DNA of 55,342 bases from Fidelibacterota bacterium (GCA_027251445.1 JAPNQO010000025.1:1-55342); one strand, 5' to 3'; positions 38,237-48,794 are shown, numbered from the stretch's first letter. Notes: generated by a model not told the origin, from the letters alone. Numbers and translations are program-made.

Positions 38237-41200
38237 TTGTTAAAAAAATTATTTAAAATTAATCATGGAGAAGGAGTTCCAACGCTCATTCTCTTTTTAT
38301 ATTTTTTCGCATATGTAGCAATAAGCATAACTGGTAGCGCAGCCAGAGATGCATATTTTCTTAATATGGTAGATAGAAAATATCTACCTCTAATGTTTCT
38401 AGCAGTTGCTGTAGTACTAACTATAGTAATAGAAATTTATAGTCGTTTATCAAAAAATAAAGATATAAGTACTATAGTAACAGGAACGGGAATCATTTTT
38501 GTTATTACTCTTTTAGTAATCCAAAATCAGCTAAAGGGCTGGGTAATTCCATTTCTGTATGTATGGAAAGATGTAATCGATGCAATAATAATTACGCAAT
38601 TTTGGTTAATTGCCTCTCAAGTATTTGACCCAAGACAAGCAAAACGATTATTTGGGTTACTTGGGGCAGGTGGAGCTTTAGCTGCAATTATAATCGGTTC
38701 AAGCATAAAACAATTTGTATCTGCTTTTGGATCAGAGAATCTACTCTTTGCTACTATGAGTTTTCTATTTGTAGTAATTATTATGGCTAATTTGATTCGA
38801 CCCTATAAAAATGTTAACGATCAAAAGAATCAAAAAAAGGATGCCGATAAAGATTCAAATAAATCCTTCACACCCTATTTAAAATCTCTTGCAATTATTA
38901 TTGGCTTAGCCGCTGTGGCTTCAAAAATTGTAGATTATCAATTTAAGATTACTGCAGTTGCTACATTTCCAAATCAAGATGATCTTGTAAATTTCTTCGG
39001 ACAATACTATGCGGTTACAGGTATCGCAACAATGATAATTCAGCTTTTTATTACAAGTAGGCTTCTGTCAAGATTTGGAATCATTGTTGCTATATTAATT
39101 CTCCCAATATTATTTATGTCTGGTTCTATTGGATTTCTAATGTCACCAGTTTTAGCTGCAGTATATATATCAAAGTTCTCTGATCAAGTTTTTAGATTCA
39201 CATTACATAATGCATCCATTCAGTTATTATGGATACCTGTAAAAAATACTATTAAAACAAGACTTAAGCCTGTAATAGAAGGCTCAATACGTTCGGGACT
39301 CGAAGGCGTATCAGGCATATTAATTTTTCTTTCAATAACAATATTTAATGTTCCAATACAGTATCTTAGCTTAGCAATTATTTTAATTGCTATTTACTGG
39401 ATTCAAAAATCATTCAAATTAAAAAAATTATATATTAAAGAACTACAGTCTGCAATTGAAAAAAGAGAGCTGAACTTCGAAGAACTAACTCTAGACATCC
39501 AAGATGAAGCAATGGTTAAAACAATTTACAGTGCATTAGATAGTGATGATGAAAGCCAACAAATTTTAGCTTTAGATATAATTAAAGATATCCCTCTTAC
39601 TCCATGGAAAGAATCAATAAATAAGCTGTTAAATAATGGGAGTGTAACAGTAAAAAAAGAAATACTAAATATATGTTATGACGATGAAAATATTATAAGT
39701 GATCAAAAAATAATATCTCTCATAAATGAAGATTCTGAGCTTGATCTAGAATCAATTGAAATAGCAGGAAAAAGAAAACTGATGGAAGCATTACCAACAA
39801 TTAAAGATTATGTTAGTGTAGAAGATAAAGATAAGCAACTTATTGCTGCTGCTGCTATTAGGAATATTGAGCCTGATTCATCAGATAAGGAGAAAAACTT
39901 ACTATTAGCCGCCTTTGATTCAAGAGATGAAAATATTTGTTCATTGGTAATTAGACAGATGAAAAATGATAATGACATATTTCCAGATGAAAAACTTATA
40001 CATTATTTAAATGAAGAGTCTTTGATGGTTCGTAATGCTGCTTTAGAAGTTTCAAGGGATAGAATGTCTGTAAAACTTCTTCCACATATAATTACATGTT
40101 TATCTGATCCGCGATCAGCAATATCTGCTAGATCTGCATTACAAGTATATGATGATGAAGATGTTGTCAAATTATTGATTGAAAATGTTCTAAACCAAAA
40201 TATAGAAAAATCATTAAAAATTGGGATTATTCGAATATTAAAAAACTACCCAACAAAAGAATCAATTGATATGCTATTATCGGTTGTAAGTCCAAAAGTC
40301 CCACCCGTTCAGGCCGAAGCAGTTGATTCTTTAATACATATTGCAAGAGAGCTTCCATTAGATGAAAAACAAATTGTCATTACAAAAAAAGAATTAATTA
40401 AAACATCAAGGTATGCTTATGAAAAAATAATAGCACTTTCCCAAATAGACGATAGTGAACAAAATCAATTACTTAAATATTTACTTCAAAATGAAGTGAG
40501 AAAATTAATACCTGTAATTATGAAGCTTGGTATCCTTGATAAACCTCAAACTCCCATAGAAACTTACATTCAATATGTTTTAAATAATGAATCAGAGAAA
40601 CTTCCTTATGTGCTTGAATTTTTTGAAAATATTTTTTCCTTAGAAGAAAGAGAAATTGTTAATTCTCTAATTGATGATTTATCGATTGATGATAAATGCA
40701 AAGTAGCTAAAAATAATTTTGATGAACTCACAACAGATCTTAATCAATTCCTAGGATATTATACTGGCACGGTTCAAGAACTAAAAATTGCCTTATCATT
40801 GGATTATGCATTACGATTAAACAACCAAGAAATTCTTGGAAAAGTAAATTGGGAAAATCTACCGGAAAGTTTTATCATAAAAGAAATAATTACACGTTAC
40901 ACAAAAGAAAACCCAGATTCTTTGAATACGTGGCCAATAAATGATTATTTGCTAGATTATAGCCAGTTAACAATGTATTCTACACTAGAAAAAGCCATGA
41001 TTCTTAAAAGTGTTGATCTTTTTGCATCAATACCTAGTCAAGAATTAATTAGAGTAGCCCAAATTGCTGAAGAAGAACAATACGAAACTGATGCCCCATT
41101 GTGTAAAGAAGGAGATTTTGGAGACTGTATGTATATTATTGCAAATGGTAAAGTAAAGGTTCATAAGGGTGATCGCACCCTTGTAGAGCTGGAAAAAGGT

Positions 41201-41392
41201 GCTTTTGTAGGAGATATGGCTTTATTAGATCAGGAACCTAGATCAGCTGATTTGACAACAAGTTCAGAAACTACTCTTCTTAAAATTTCCCAAGATGCAT
41301 TTTATGAATTAATGAGTAGTAACTTTGAAATTATGAATGGAATACTAAAAATAATATCTAGTCGCTTAAGAGAGGCTCAAGCGAAACTTTAA
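38237..41392 (+). CDS. NTT (Npt1/Npt2, ATP/ADP translocase-like) transporter fused to HEAT repeats and a cyclic-nucleotide-binding domain
   Basis: N-terminal ~12 TM with ARDAYFL, QFW...FDPRQAKRLFG..GAGG, VDYQFK and FFGQYY; helical repeats; C-terminal EGDFGDCMYII..GKVKV...GAFVGDMALLDQEPRSA; TTG start. Confidence 0.85.
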   Translation: MLKKLFKINHGEGVPTLILFLYFFAYVAISITGSAARDAYFLNMVDRKYLPLMFLAVAVVLTIVIEIYSRLSKNKDISTIVTGTGIIFVITLLVIQNQLKGWVIPFLYVWKDVIDAIIITQFWLIASQVFDPRQAKRLFGLLGAGGALAAIIIGSSIKQFVSAFGSENLLFATMSFLFVVIIMANLIRPYKNVNDQKNQKKDADKDSNKSFTPYLKSLAIIIGLAAVASKIVDYQFKITAVATFPNQDDLVNFFGQYYAVTGIATMIIQLFITSRLLSRFGIIVAILILPILFMSGSIGFLMSPVLAAVYISKFSDQVFRFTLHNASIQLLWIPVKNTIKTRLKPVIEGSIRSGLEGVSGILIFLSITIFNVPIQYLSLAIILIAIYWIQKSFKLKKLYIKELQSAIEKRELNFEELTLDIQDEAMVKTIYSALDSDDESQQILALDIIKDIPLTPWKESINKLLNNGSVTVKKEILNICYDDENIISDQKIISLINEDSELDLESIEIAGKRKLMEALPTIKDYVSVEDKDKQLIAAAAIRNIEPDSSDKEKNLLLAAFDSRDENICSLVIRQMKNDNDIFPDEKLIHYLNEESLMVRNAALEVSRDRMSVKLLPHIITCLSDPRSAISARSALQVYDDEDVVKLLIENVLNQNIEKSLKIGIIRILKNYPTKESIDMLLSVVSPKVPPVQAEAVDSLIHIARELPLDEKQIVITKKELIKTSRYAYEKIIALSQIDDSEQNQLLKYLLQNEVRKLIPVIMKLGILDKPQTPIETYIQYVLNNESEKLPYVLEFFENIFSLEEREIVNSLIDDLSIDDKCKVAKNNFDELTTDLNQFLGYYTGTVQELKIALSLDYALRLNNQEILGKVNWENLPESFIIKEIITRYTKENPDSLNTWPINDYLLDYSQLTMYSTLEKAMILKSVDLFASIPSQELIRVAQIAEEEQYETDAPLCKEGDFGDCMYIIANGKVKVHKGDRTLVELEKGAFVGDMALLDQEPRSADLTTSSETTLLKISQDAFYELMSSNFEIMNGILKIISSRLREAQAKL

Positions 41393-41691
41393 TTACCATC
41401 AAGGATGCTATCGACAGCATCTTTTTTCTTTTTATCAATAGTTTCTTCAATTGATTCTTTACTATCATTAATTATCTCCTTTGCCTTCTTACCGACTTCA
41501 TTCAATTGATTAGGGTCAAATTCTTTACCAGTATATACAAGATATGCAATATATATAATAAAGATTGCAATAATAACCATGCTGAGTTTTAGTAGTTTTT
41601 TAACAAAACTAAATAGGACAATAAATGCAAGAACTAGTGCTATTGCTAAATGAACTGGGTTTAGAGCAAAATATTCAATTATCTTTTCCAT
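41389..41691 (-). CDS. Small two-TM membrane protein of unknown function
   Basis: Two hydrophobic helices followed by a charged coiled tail; overlaps the upstream gene by 17 nt. Confidence 0.7.
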   Translation of the reverse strand: MEKIIEYFALNPVHLAIALVLAFIVLFSFVKKLLKLSMVIIAIFIIYIAYLVYTGKEFDPNQLNEVGKKAKEIINDSKESIEETIDKKKKDAVDSILDGN

Positions 41692-42610
41692 CGAGAGCCT
41701 GGAGTTTCTTACGGTTTATTAAACCAGTTTTATCTTCAAAATATTTAATTAATTCCATTATTCTTGGATCATCAGGCATGTCCTGTGTCATTGAAATTGT
41801 TGAAATCAAGTGATCTTCAATTTTCTTATATCTGCTAAGTTTTAATTCAATTAAACCTACATAATAACCTTCCCTTCCAGCTTGACTAATAAGAATGTCA
41901 TTTACAAATACAGGTTCTTTGGGTACAGTTTGACTATGAGCACCTATGATAACATCAACGCCTTTTAGAGATTTGGCTAAGACCTGATCCTGTTCAAATC
42001 CTTGATGGCTAAGTAAAATAATTATATCCGTGCGTGGTCTAATTTTTTTAACGATATCATTAACAGTGGAAGTAGGATCTGTTAAAATAATAGAATCCTT
42101 AATATTCTTAGGGTAATACTTCAAGGCATTATTGCCCATTATGCCAATGAGACCTATGCTTAGTCCACCACGTTTTACTATCTTATATTTTCGTAAAGAT
42201 GGTATAGATGGTGATTCCAGATTTGATAGAATAATTGTTGAATTAAGCCTAGGGAGTACATTATTCAGAAATTTTTGATCACGAGTTATTTCCTGATCAC
42301 CCAACAAAATTCCATCATATGGAATTGTTGCATATGCTTCACATACTAAACTATCCTTGAGTAGTTTTTTTGACATTGTAAAAAAATCACCTGCATCTAA
42401 AATAACTGTTCTAGGATTTGAATTAATAAAGTCTTCAATATATATAGATCGCTTTTCAATAGACCCTAATGGATTATCTGGGCAATAACAATTTTCAAGA
42501 GCTCCATTTGTATTATTTGTATGAATAATAAACAAACTGGCTTGACTATACAGATTAGCTGTAAGTATAATTAAAAATAAATATATAAATCGTACTAGCA
42601 TGATAAACAT
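41675..42610 (-). CDS. Secreted UshA/5'-nucleotidase-like metallophosphoesterase-fold protein with CxC motif (N-domain only)
   Basis: IIHTNNTNGALENCYC, LDAGD, LSN, LLSHQG and DVIIGAHS; no 5'-nucleotidase C-domain. Confidence 0.75.
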   Translation of the reverse strand: MFIMLVRFIYLFLIILTANLYSQASLFIIHTNNTNGALENCYCPDNPLGSIEKRSIYIEDFINSNPRTVILDAGDFFTMSKKLLKDSLVCEAYATIPYDGILLGDQEITRDQKFLNNVLPRLNSTIILSNLESPSIPSLRKYKIVKRGGLSIGLIGIMGNNALKYYPKNIKDSIILTDPTSTVNDIVKKIRPRTDIIILLSHQGFEQDQVLAKSLKGVDVIIGAHSQTVPKEPVFVNDILISQAGREGYYVGLIELKLSRYKKIEDHLISTISMTQDMPDDPRIMELIKYFEDKTGLINRKKLQALDGKDN

Positions 42611-42683
42611 AAATTGACTTTAATGAGTATAGAATTCAAGTTAATTTTCAAAATAAAGTTGAACATATATCACGAATAATTGT

Positions 42684-43319
42684 ATGCGAAATTTACTATT
42701 AATAATACTTTTTATTTCAAACCTAGGAATATCGCAGGATATATATCCAGCTGATACATTAATAAGTTCTCAAAATTCAAATTTTCTTGAAAAAGCTACT
42801 ATCTTACCTATTTCAGCATGGCAACGCTTGTCATACAATTCAAATTTATTATCCTGCCAATTTTATCCAAGCTGTAGTAACTATGGCGCTATTGCCATCA
42901 GTCAACGTGGAATATTTGTTGGTTCGGCTATAGCAGCTGATAGAATTGTACGGTGCAATCCCTTTGCTTTAGATTATCATTATGATTTAAACGGTAAGTT
43001 TCATTATCCTGATTACCGCTTGATCGATCCACTTCACATAATTGACTCAAAAAATAATTCAAATAAATCTCCCCTAATTGCAGCTGGGCTATCTACTATA
43101 TTACCTGGATCGGGAAGAATGTATGCAGGTCGGTTTCGAGATGGATTAATGGGCTTATGGATGATAGTAATTTCTAGTACAGCAGCATATAGCTCTTTCC
43201 AAGAAAATAAAAACAATAAAGGAAATTTTTTTAGTATTATAACTTTATTGTTTTACACTGGGGAAATTTATGGTGCATATAGAACTGCAAAATATTATCA
43301 AGTTTCTAATAATAAATAA
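42684..43319 (+). CDS. YidD-like domain protein with signal peptide and C-terminal membrane segment
   Basis: CQFYPSCSNYG...DRIVRCNP (YidD signature); KSPLIAAGLSTILPGSGRMYAG (TM2-like). Confidence 0.75.
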   Translation: MRNLLLIILFISNLGISQDIYPADTLISSQNSNFLEKATILPISAWQRLSYNSNLLSCQFYPSCSNYGAIAISQRGIFVGSAIAADRIVRCNPFALDYHYDLNGKFHYPDYRLIDPLHIIDSKNNSNKSPLIAAGLSTILPGSGRMYAGRFRDGLMGLWMIVISSTAAYSSFQENKNNKGNFFSIITLLFYTGEIYGAYRTAKYYQVSNNK

Positions 43320-43339
43320 AATTTAAGTTGAAAAGTTTG

Positions 43340-43413
43340 AGCCGGGTATGGGATTCGAACCCACCTACTACTGATTACGAATCAGTCGCTTGAACCAACT
43401 CAGCTAACCCGGC
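43340..43413 (-). tRNA. tRNA-Thr (CGT), CCA not encoded
   Basis: Minus strand: GCCGGGT...ACTGA-TTCGTAA-TCAGT...GTGGG-TTCGAAT-CCCAT-ACCCGGC-T. Confidence 0.95.
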
Positions 43414-43422
43414 AATCTGTTT

Positions 43423-43839
43423 TTATTCTATTTCAATTAATTCTATATTAAAAATTAATGTTGAATTAGGAGGAATAACGCCCATATCTTGGTCGCCATA
43501 GCCTAAATGAGGTGGAATAATTAATTTTCTTTGCCCTCCAACTTTCATTCCAATTATTCCTTGATCCCATCCTTCAATTACTTGTCCTGCACCTAATGTA
43601 AATCGGAATGGTTCTCTTCCAATTTGTTTAGAACTATCAAATACCTTCCCTTTTTCCAGCTTACCTGTATAATGCACAGTTGCAATACTATATTTTTCTG
43701 CAACAACACCCTCTCCTATTAATTTATCTTCTATGATTAATCCATTTTCCATAATTATTTCCTTATTATTACATCCAATTAATATTAATAATACTAATAA
43801 ATGTGTTGTTAAAATTGATTTAGACATAATCATTTGCAC
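43423..43839 (-). CDS. FKBP-type peptidyl-prolyl isomerase, probable lipoprotein
   Basis: VHYTGKL..GKVFDSS, GQVIEGWDQG, IPPHLGYG and IPPNSTLIF; lipobox LIGC. Likely start is ATG 43827. Confidence 0.93.
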   Translation of the reverse strand: MQMIMSKSILTTHLLVLLILIGCNNKEIIMENGLIIEDKLIGEGVVAEKYSIATVHYTGKLEKGKVFDSSKQIGREPFRFTLGAGQVIEGWDQGIIGMKVGGQRKLIIPPHLGYGDQDMGVIPPNSTLIFNIELIEIE

Positions 43840-43931
43840 AATTATATTGATATTAAATCAAATTTTATAATGATTTCATTCTCAATGTTAAAATTTGTTA
43901 AACTCCTAACGTCAGGATAAATTGCGGTTGT

Positions 43932-45233
43932 ATGAAAAAAACTGATTCACTATTCAACAAGAATCTTCCACCTCTTGCAGAGCGTGTTAGGCCAAAGACA
44001 ATAGATAATTTCATTGGGCAAGATCATCTGATTGGACCAAATAAAATTATCAATCAAATGCTTTCTAAAAGAAAATATTACTCAATAATACTTTGGGGAC
44101 CACCTGGCTCTGGGAAAACTACTCTCGCTCGTATTATTGCAAAATCCACAGAATCAATAATGTATGAAATATCTGCAGTTTCAAGTGGTGTAAAAGATAT
44201 TCGTAATATTATTGATAAAGCTTCTACAAATAATGATAATGGAATTAATAGCATAATGTTTATCGATGAAATACATCGTTTTAGCAAATCCCAGCAAGAT
44301 GCTTTACTTCATGCCGTTGAGGAAGGAATCATAGTTTTAATTGGCGCAACTACAGAGAATCCATCTTTTGAAATTATTAATCCCCTTCTATCACGCTGTA
44401 AAACATTAAAATTAAAACCATTAAATGATGATGATTTACATACAATTCTTAATCAAACCATAAAGTCTGATATATTATTATCACAAAAAAATATCATCAT
44501 AGACAAATCAAATAAAAAAAAGCTTATTCATTATTGTAGCGGAGATGCAAGAAAGATGTTAAATGCTTTTGAAATTGCTTTAGATATGTGTGACAAAAAT
44601 AATTTGATTTCAGATCAGATTATAAATGAAGTTTTACAATCAAGGACTCTATTATATGATAAGAATAGCGATTATCATTATGATACTATTAGTGCATTTA
44701 TTAAATCTGTTCGAGGAAGTGACCCAGACGCAGCAGTTTATTGGATGGCAGTTATGTTAGAAGGAGGAGAAAAACCTGAATTTATTTTAAGACGATTAAT
44801 CGTTTTAGCTTCGGAAGATATAGGGAATGCTGACCCTCGCGCATTGCAAGTAGCTGTTACAGGATTTCAAGCAACAAAAATTATTGGCATGCCTGAATCT
44901 GCAATTATTCTTTCACAAATAACTACATACCTTGCAAGTGCTCCTAAATCAAATGCATCATATGTAGCAATAAATCAAGCTCAAGAAAAAGTAAAAAAAG
45001 ATGGAACTCCAGATGTACCATTACATTTACGTAATGCAACAACAAATCTTATGAAAAAAGATAATTACGGAAAAGATTACCAATACCCGCATAATTTCAA
45101 TGATAAATTTGTAAAAGAAAATTATTTCCCATCTGGAGTAGAATATACTTTTTATGAACCAACAAATTCAGGTTATGAAAATTTTATTCGTGAACGCTTA
45201 ATAAAAAATTGGCCTGAAAGATATAATTCATAA
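43932..45233 (+). CDS. rarA: Replication-associated recombination protein A (MgsA)
   Basis: PLAERVRP, GPPGSGKTT, FIDEIHRF, GATTENP, SAFIKSVRGSDPDAA, SEDIGNADP and VPLHLRNA. Confidence 0.96.
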   Translation: MKKTDSLFNKNLPPLAERVRPKTIDNFIGQDHLIGPNKIINQMLSKRKYYSIILWGPPGSGKTTLARIIAKSTESIMYEISAVSSGVKDIRNIIDKASTNNDNGINSIMFIDEIHRFSKSQQDALLHAVEEGIIVLIGATTENPSFEIINPLLSRCKTLKLKPLNDDDLHTILNQTIKSDILLSQKNIIIDKSNKKKLIHYCSGDARKMLNAFEIALDMCDKNNLISDQIINEVLQSRTLLYDKNSDYHYDTISAFIKSVRGSDPDAAVYWMAVMLEGGEKPEFILRRLIVLASEDIGNADPRALQVAVTGFQATKIIGMPESAIILSQITTYLASAPKSNASYVAINQAQEKVKKDGTPDVPLHLRNATTNLMKKDNYGKDYQYPHNFNDKFVKENYFPSGVEYTFYEPTNSGYENFIRERLIKNWPERYNS

Positions 45234-48200
45234 TGTATTTATATCGTTTACTAGTATTAATACCATTTTCATTACTAGCTGATGAAAAACTTAGGTTAAA
45301 AAGAGCGGATATTTTGGAAAATGTCACTGTTAATGGTCAGCCAGTTCAATATCTGAATGGAAATGTTATTTTTGAAAAGGGATCAATGATCATTAACTGT
45401 GACAAAGCTTTCAATATTGAAAAAACAGGACAAAGCTCCATGATAGGTAATGTGAAAGTCGTGGATGATAATAGATCTTTAGTTTGTGATTCATTACATT
45501 TTGATTCTCCAAATAATATTTTATATGGGTTTAGCAATACTCGTATCTGGGATGATGATTACGAATTGAAATCAGATACAATTACATATTATTCAAATGC
45601 TGATAGCGGGATTACTCATGGGAACTCCGAATTAAAGCAAAATAACCAGACTATTACTTCTCATTCAATTTTTTATGCTAAACAGAAAGAAGAGGATGCA
45701 GTTTCGTACACCGCAACAGGTAATGTTTTGATTATTGAAGGAGAACGAAAAGTAACCTGCGGTAAAGCAATTTATAAGCGAAAAGATCAAACTACATTAT
45801 TAACTCTAAACCCTCAGGTTACAGAAAATAAGCAAACCATTTCTGGGGAGAAGATAGTTTTATTATATAAAGAAGATTTAATAGATAATATTTATATACC
45901 ATCAAAAGCAAAGGTAAAAACATATGTGCAAGGAATTAAAAAAAGAGAGACATCAGAATCAGATTTTGCAAACGATTTAGCTGGTAATACCTTAAAAGGT
46001 TTCTTTGTTGGCGGAAAGCTAGACTCATTGCAAGTAGAAGGGATGGCAACAACGCTTTACCATGTTTTTGAGGATTCTATATATCAAGGAAAAAATATTG
46101 CTTCCGGTGATACAATTGTTATGCAATTTATTGAAGAGAACATTGACAAAATTATTGTATCTGGAGGATCTAGAGGAGAATACACCCCAGACACATCAGC
46201 ATCCAGCATTGAAGGTCCCATTATATATTCATCAGAAATAATAAAATATAATGTAAAACAAGAAGAAACAGATTTACATGGTGATGCAAAAATAAACTAT
46301 ACAAATATGAATTTAGATGCTGGATATGTCAATGTTAATTGGGTAACAAATATTTTAGAAGCAAAAACTAAAAGCAATATGGATTCAAGCTTTAAGGAAA
46401 TAAGCCCAACTATAATTGAAGATGGTCGTGATCCTATGACTGGTAAGGAAATGATATATAATCTTTCATCAAAAAAAGGGAGTGTATCAAAAGGACGAAC
46501 ATTTGCTGAAGATGGTTTTTATACCGGCAGTCAAATAAGAAACCAAGATAAAAAAACTATTTTTATTGATAATAGTACTTATACAACTTGCGATCTTGAT
46601 GAACCACATTTTCATTTTGCTAGTGATAAAATGAAAATGATAAACGATGATAAAGTGATAGCAAAACCTATCACTTTTTACATAAATAATATTCCAATTA
46701 TGGGATTACCCTTTGGTATTTTCCCACATAAAGCAGGGAAAAGACAATCAGGATGGATTATGCCAGGCTATGGTGAAAGCAGTTATCGCGGTCAATTTGT
46801 TGATGGCTTGGGTTACTACTGGGCACCAAATGAGTTTTGGGATTCAAAATTGACTACTAGTTTAGCTGATAGACAAGGATTAACTATTAGATTAACAAAT
46901 AATTATAGAAAAAGGTATGCATATTCAGGGGGTATACATTTAGAAACAAAACAGCATTTTTCCTCTTCTGTATCTGCTCAAGATCGAGACTTATTAAAGT
47001 TGGCTGATAATGTAAAGAGTGATTATGTATTGAGATGGAATCACAACCAAATTATGCGTAATAATCAAACATTTCGTGTTAATGGCCAATATTATAGTAG
47101 TGGTGATTATAATAAACGAACTGGTATTGATATTGAACGCAGGCTAAATCAACAAGCTATTTCAAATGCTACCTATAGTAAAAGATGGAAAAAAACTAAT
47201 AATTCCATAAGTATAAATTTGTCTTCAAAAAAAGATTTAATGGTAGATAATAAAATTGACCCCAATGATTTATACTACCAAATCCCTACTACATTAGGGA
47301 GCCAGCTTACTACTACAACGAATACGTTACCAAAAATTTCATTTCGTCATGGTCAAAGTAAGCTGTTTAATACTAATGCCATCGATAAAAAATGGTATCA
47401 TAATATTTCTTGGAATTATTCAGCAAATCTTAATAATAAAGTACAAAATTATTACCAATCAGTAGAAAATATGATAAATGATACTACATTAGAATATATA
47501 TGGGATGATTCTATAAGAACAAAAACTACATCATTAATGTCACATAATATGTCTATAAATGCTCCGCAAAAATTATTTAAGTATATTTCTATAAATCCTA
47601 GTATTCAATTCAAATCTGATTGGGTTGATCGGACCTATGCCCTATCAGATAGTTCTAATAGTAATGTGCAATCAATTGAACAATATGGCTTTGCAGCTAG
47701 AACTATTTTCTCTTCATTTAATCTAAATATGAATACAAAAGTATATGGTATGTTCCCAATTAAAATAGGGAAAATACATTCAATACGTCATGTTGCTTCA
47801 CCTTCGATAGGCTATTCATACGCACCAGATTACACAAAAGAATTATTTGGGAAAAACTTAGGTTATTTTCAAGAATACACCGATAACAATGGAGAGACTG
47901 CATTCTTTGATCGTTTTTCTGGAACTCCCGCAGGGTCAACCCCAAGACAGGAAAGGCAGGCCATGACATTTTCTTTAAATAATATCTTTCAAGCAAAAAC
48001 AATAGATGAAGGTAAAGAAAAAAAGGTGGAGTTATTTTCATGGCGAATGAATACAAGTTATAATTTTGCAAATGATAAATTTCCTTTGGCAAATCTATCA
48101 TCGTCAATTCGGGCAAAATTTGCAAAAAAGATGAATCTTGATTTAAGTCTATCACATGACTTCTATAAGTTTAATAATGAAACTGGTCAGAGAATAAACT

Positions 48201-48742
48201 CTGTAAATGTTAATGAGAATGGAATCCCTTCACCACGCCTAATTAATGCGCGGATATCGACAGGGTTTCGTTTTGAAGGAAACAGAATTGGAATAACATC
48301 AGAAAAAATTACTCAAGAAGATAGTACCGCAAATTCCGATAATCTTGATGAACCAAATTTTGGAAATCGATCATTTGCTAATAATAGGAAATTATCAACT
48401 GGAAAACTATGGTCAACATCTTTAAGCTTCAGCTATAGTATGAATAAAGCTAATCCTATTAATGTAAATGAAACATTTTGGATGTCATCAAATACCTCAT
48501 TACAGCTAACCCGTAAATGGAGAATGCAATATAATGCACGTTATAATTTATTAGATAAAGATTTAGTAAATCATAATTTCTCAATTTATCGTGATTTACA
48601 TTGTTGGGAAATGTCAATTAACTGGACACCAAATGGATATGGATCAGGTTTTTACTTGAAAATAAATGTTAAATCACCAACATTGCGTGATTTAAAATTA
48701 GAGCAACGTGGAGGAATTTTTACTAGAAGGGCTAATTTCTAG
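45233..48742 (+). CDS. lptD: LPS-assembly protein LptD with long N-terminal OstA/LptA-like beta-jellyroll extension
   Basis: N-terminal GNV...CD..A repeats (OstA-like); YTTCD..PHFHF, SGWIMP.YG, GLGYYW and IYRDLHCWEM motifs typical of FCB-type LptD; C-terminal Phe. Confidence 0.85.
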   Translation: MYLYRLLVLIPFSLLADEKLRLKRADILENVTVNGQPVQYLNGNVIFEKGSMIINCDKAFNIEKTGQSSMIGNVKVVDDNRSLVCDSLHFDSPNNILYGFSNTRIWDDDYELKSDTITYYSNADSGITHGNSELKQNNQTITSHSIFYAKQKEEDAVSYTATGNVLIIEGERKVTCGKAIYKRKDQTTLLTLNPQVTENKQTISGEKIVLLYKEDLIDNIYIPSKAKVKTYVQGIKKRETSESDFANDLAGNTLKGFFVGGKLDSLQVEGMATTLYHVFEDSIYQGKNIASGDTIVMQFIEENIDKIIVSGGSRGEYTPDTSASSIEGPIIYSSEIIKYNVKQEETDLHGDAKINYTNMNLDAGYVNVNWVTNILEAKTKSNMDSSFKEISPTIIEDGRDPMTGKEMIYNLSSKKGSVSKGRTFAEDGFYTGSQIRNQDKKTIFIDNSTYTTCDLDEPHFHFASDKMKMINDDKVIAKPITFYINNIPIMGLPFGIFPHKAGKRQSGWIMPGYGESSYRGQFVDGLGYYWAPNEFWDSKLTTSLADRQGLTIRLTNNYRKRYAYSGGIHLETKQHFSSSVSAQDRDLLKLADNVKSDYVLRWNHNQIMRNNQTFRVNGQYYSSGDYNKRTGIDIERRLNQQAISNATYSKRWKKTNNSISINLSSKKDLMVDNKIDPNDLYYQIPTTLGSQLTTTTNTLPKISFRHGQSKLFNTNAIDKKWYHNISWNYSANLNNKVQNYYQSVENMINDTTLEYIWDDSIRTKTTSLMSHNMSINAPQKLFKYISINPSIQFKSDWVDRTYALSDSSNSNVQSIEQYGFAARTIFSSFNLNMNTKVYGMFPIKIGKIHSIRHVASPSIGYSYAPDYTKELFGKNLGYFQEYTDNNGETAFFDRFSGTPAGSTPRQERQAMTFSLNNIFQAKTIDEGKEKKVELFSWRMNTSYNFANDKFPLANLSSSIRAKFAKKMNLDLSLSHDFYKFNNETGQRINSVNVNENGIPSPRLINARISTGFRFEGNRIGITSEKITQEDSTANSDNLDEPNFGNRSFANNRKLSTGKLWSTSLSFSYSMNKANPINVNETFWMSSNTSLQLTRKWRMQYNARYNLLDKDLVNHNFSIYRDLHCWEMSINWTPNGYGSGFYLKINVKSPTLRDLKLEQRGGIFTRRANF

Positions 48743-48794
48743 TTTTATTTTCGTTATAATCAAATGAAAATTTCAATAGATTAAATATATAAAA

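Noticed and set aside
42481..42500. Selenocysteine recoding in the UshA-like CxC motif
   Set aside because: Codons read TGT-TAT-TGC and the ORF has no in-frame TGA.
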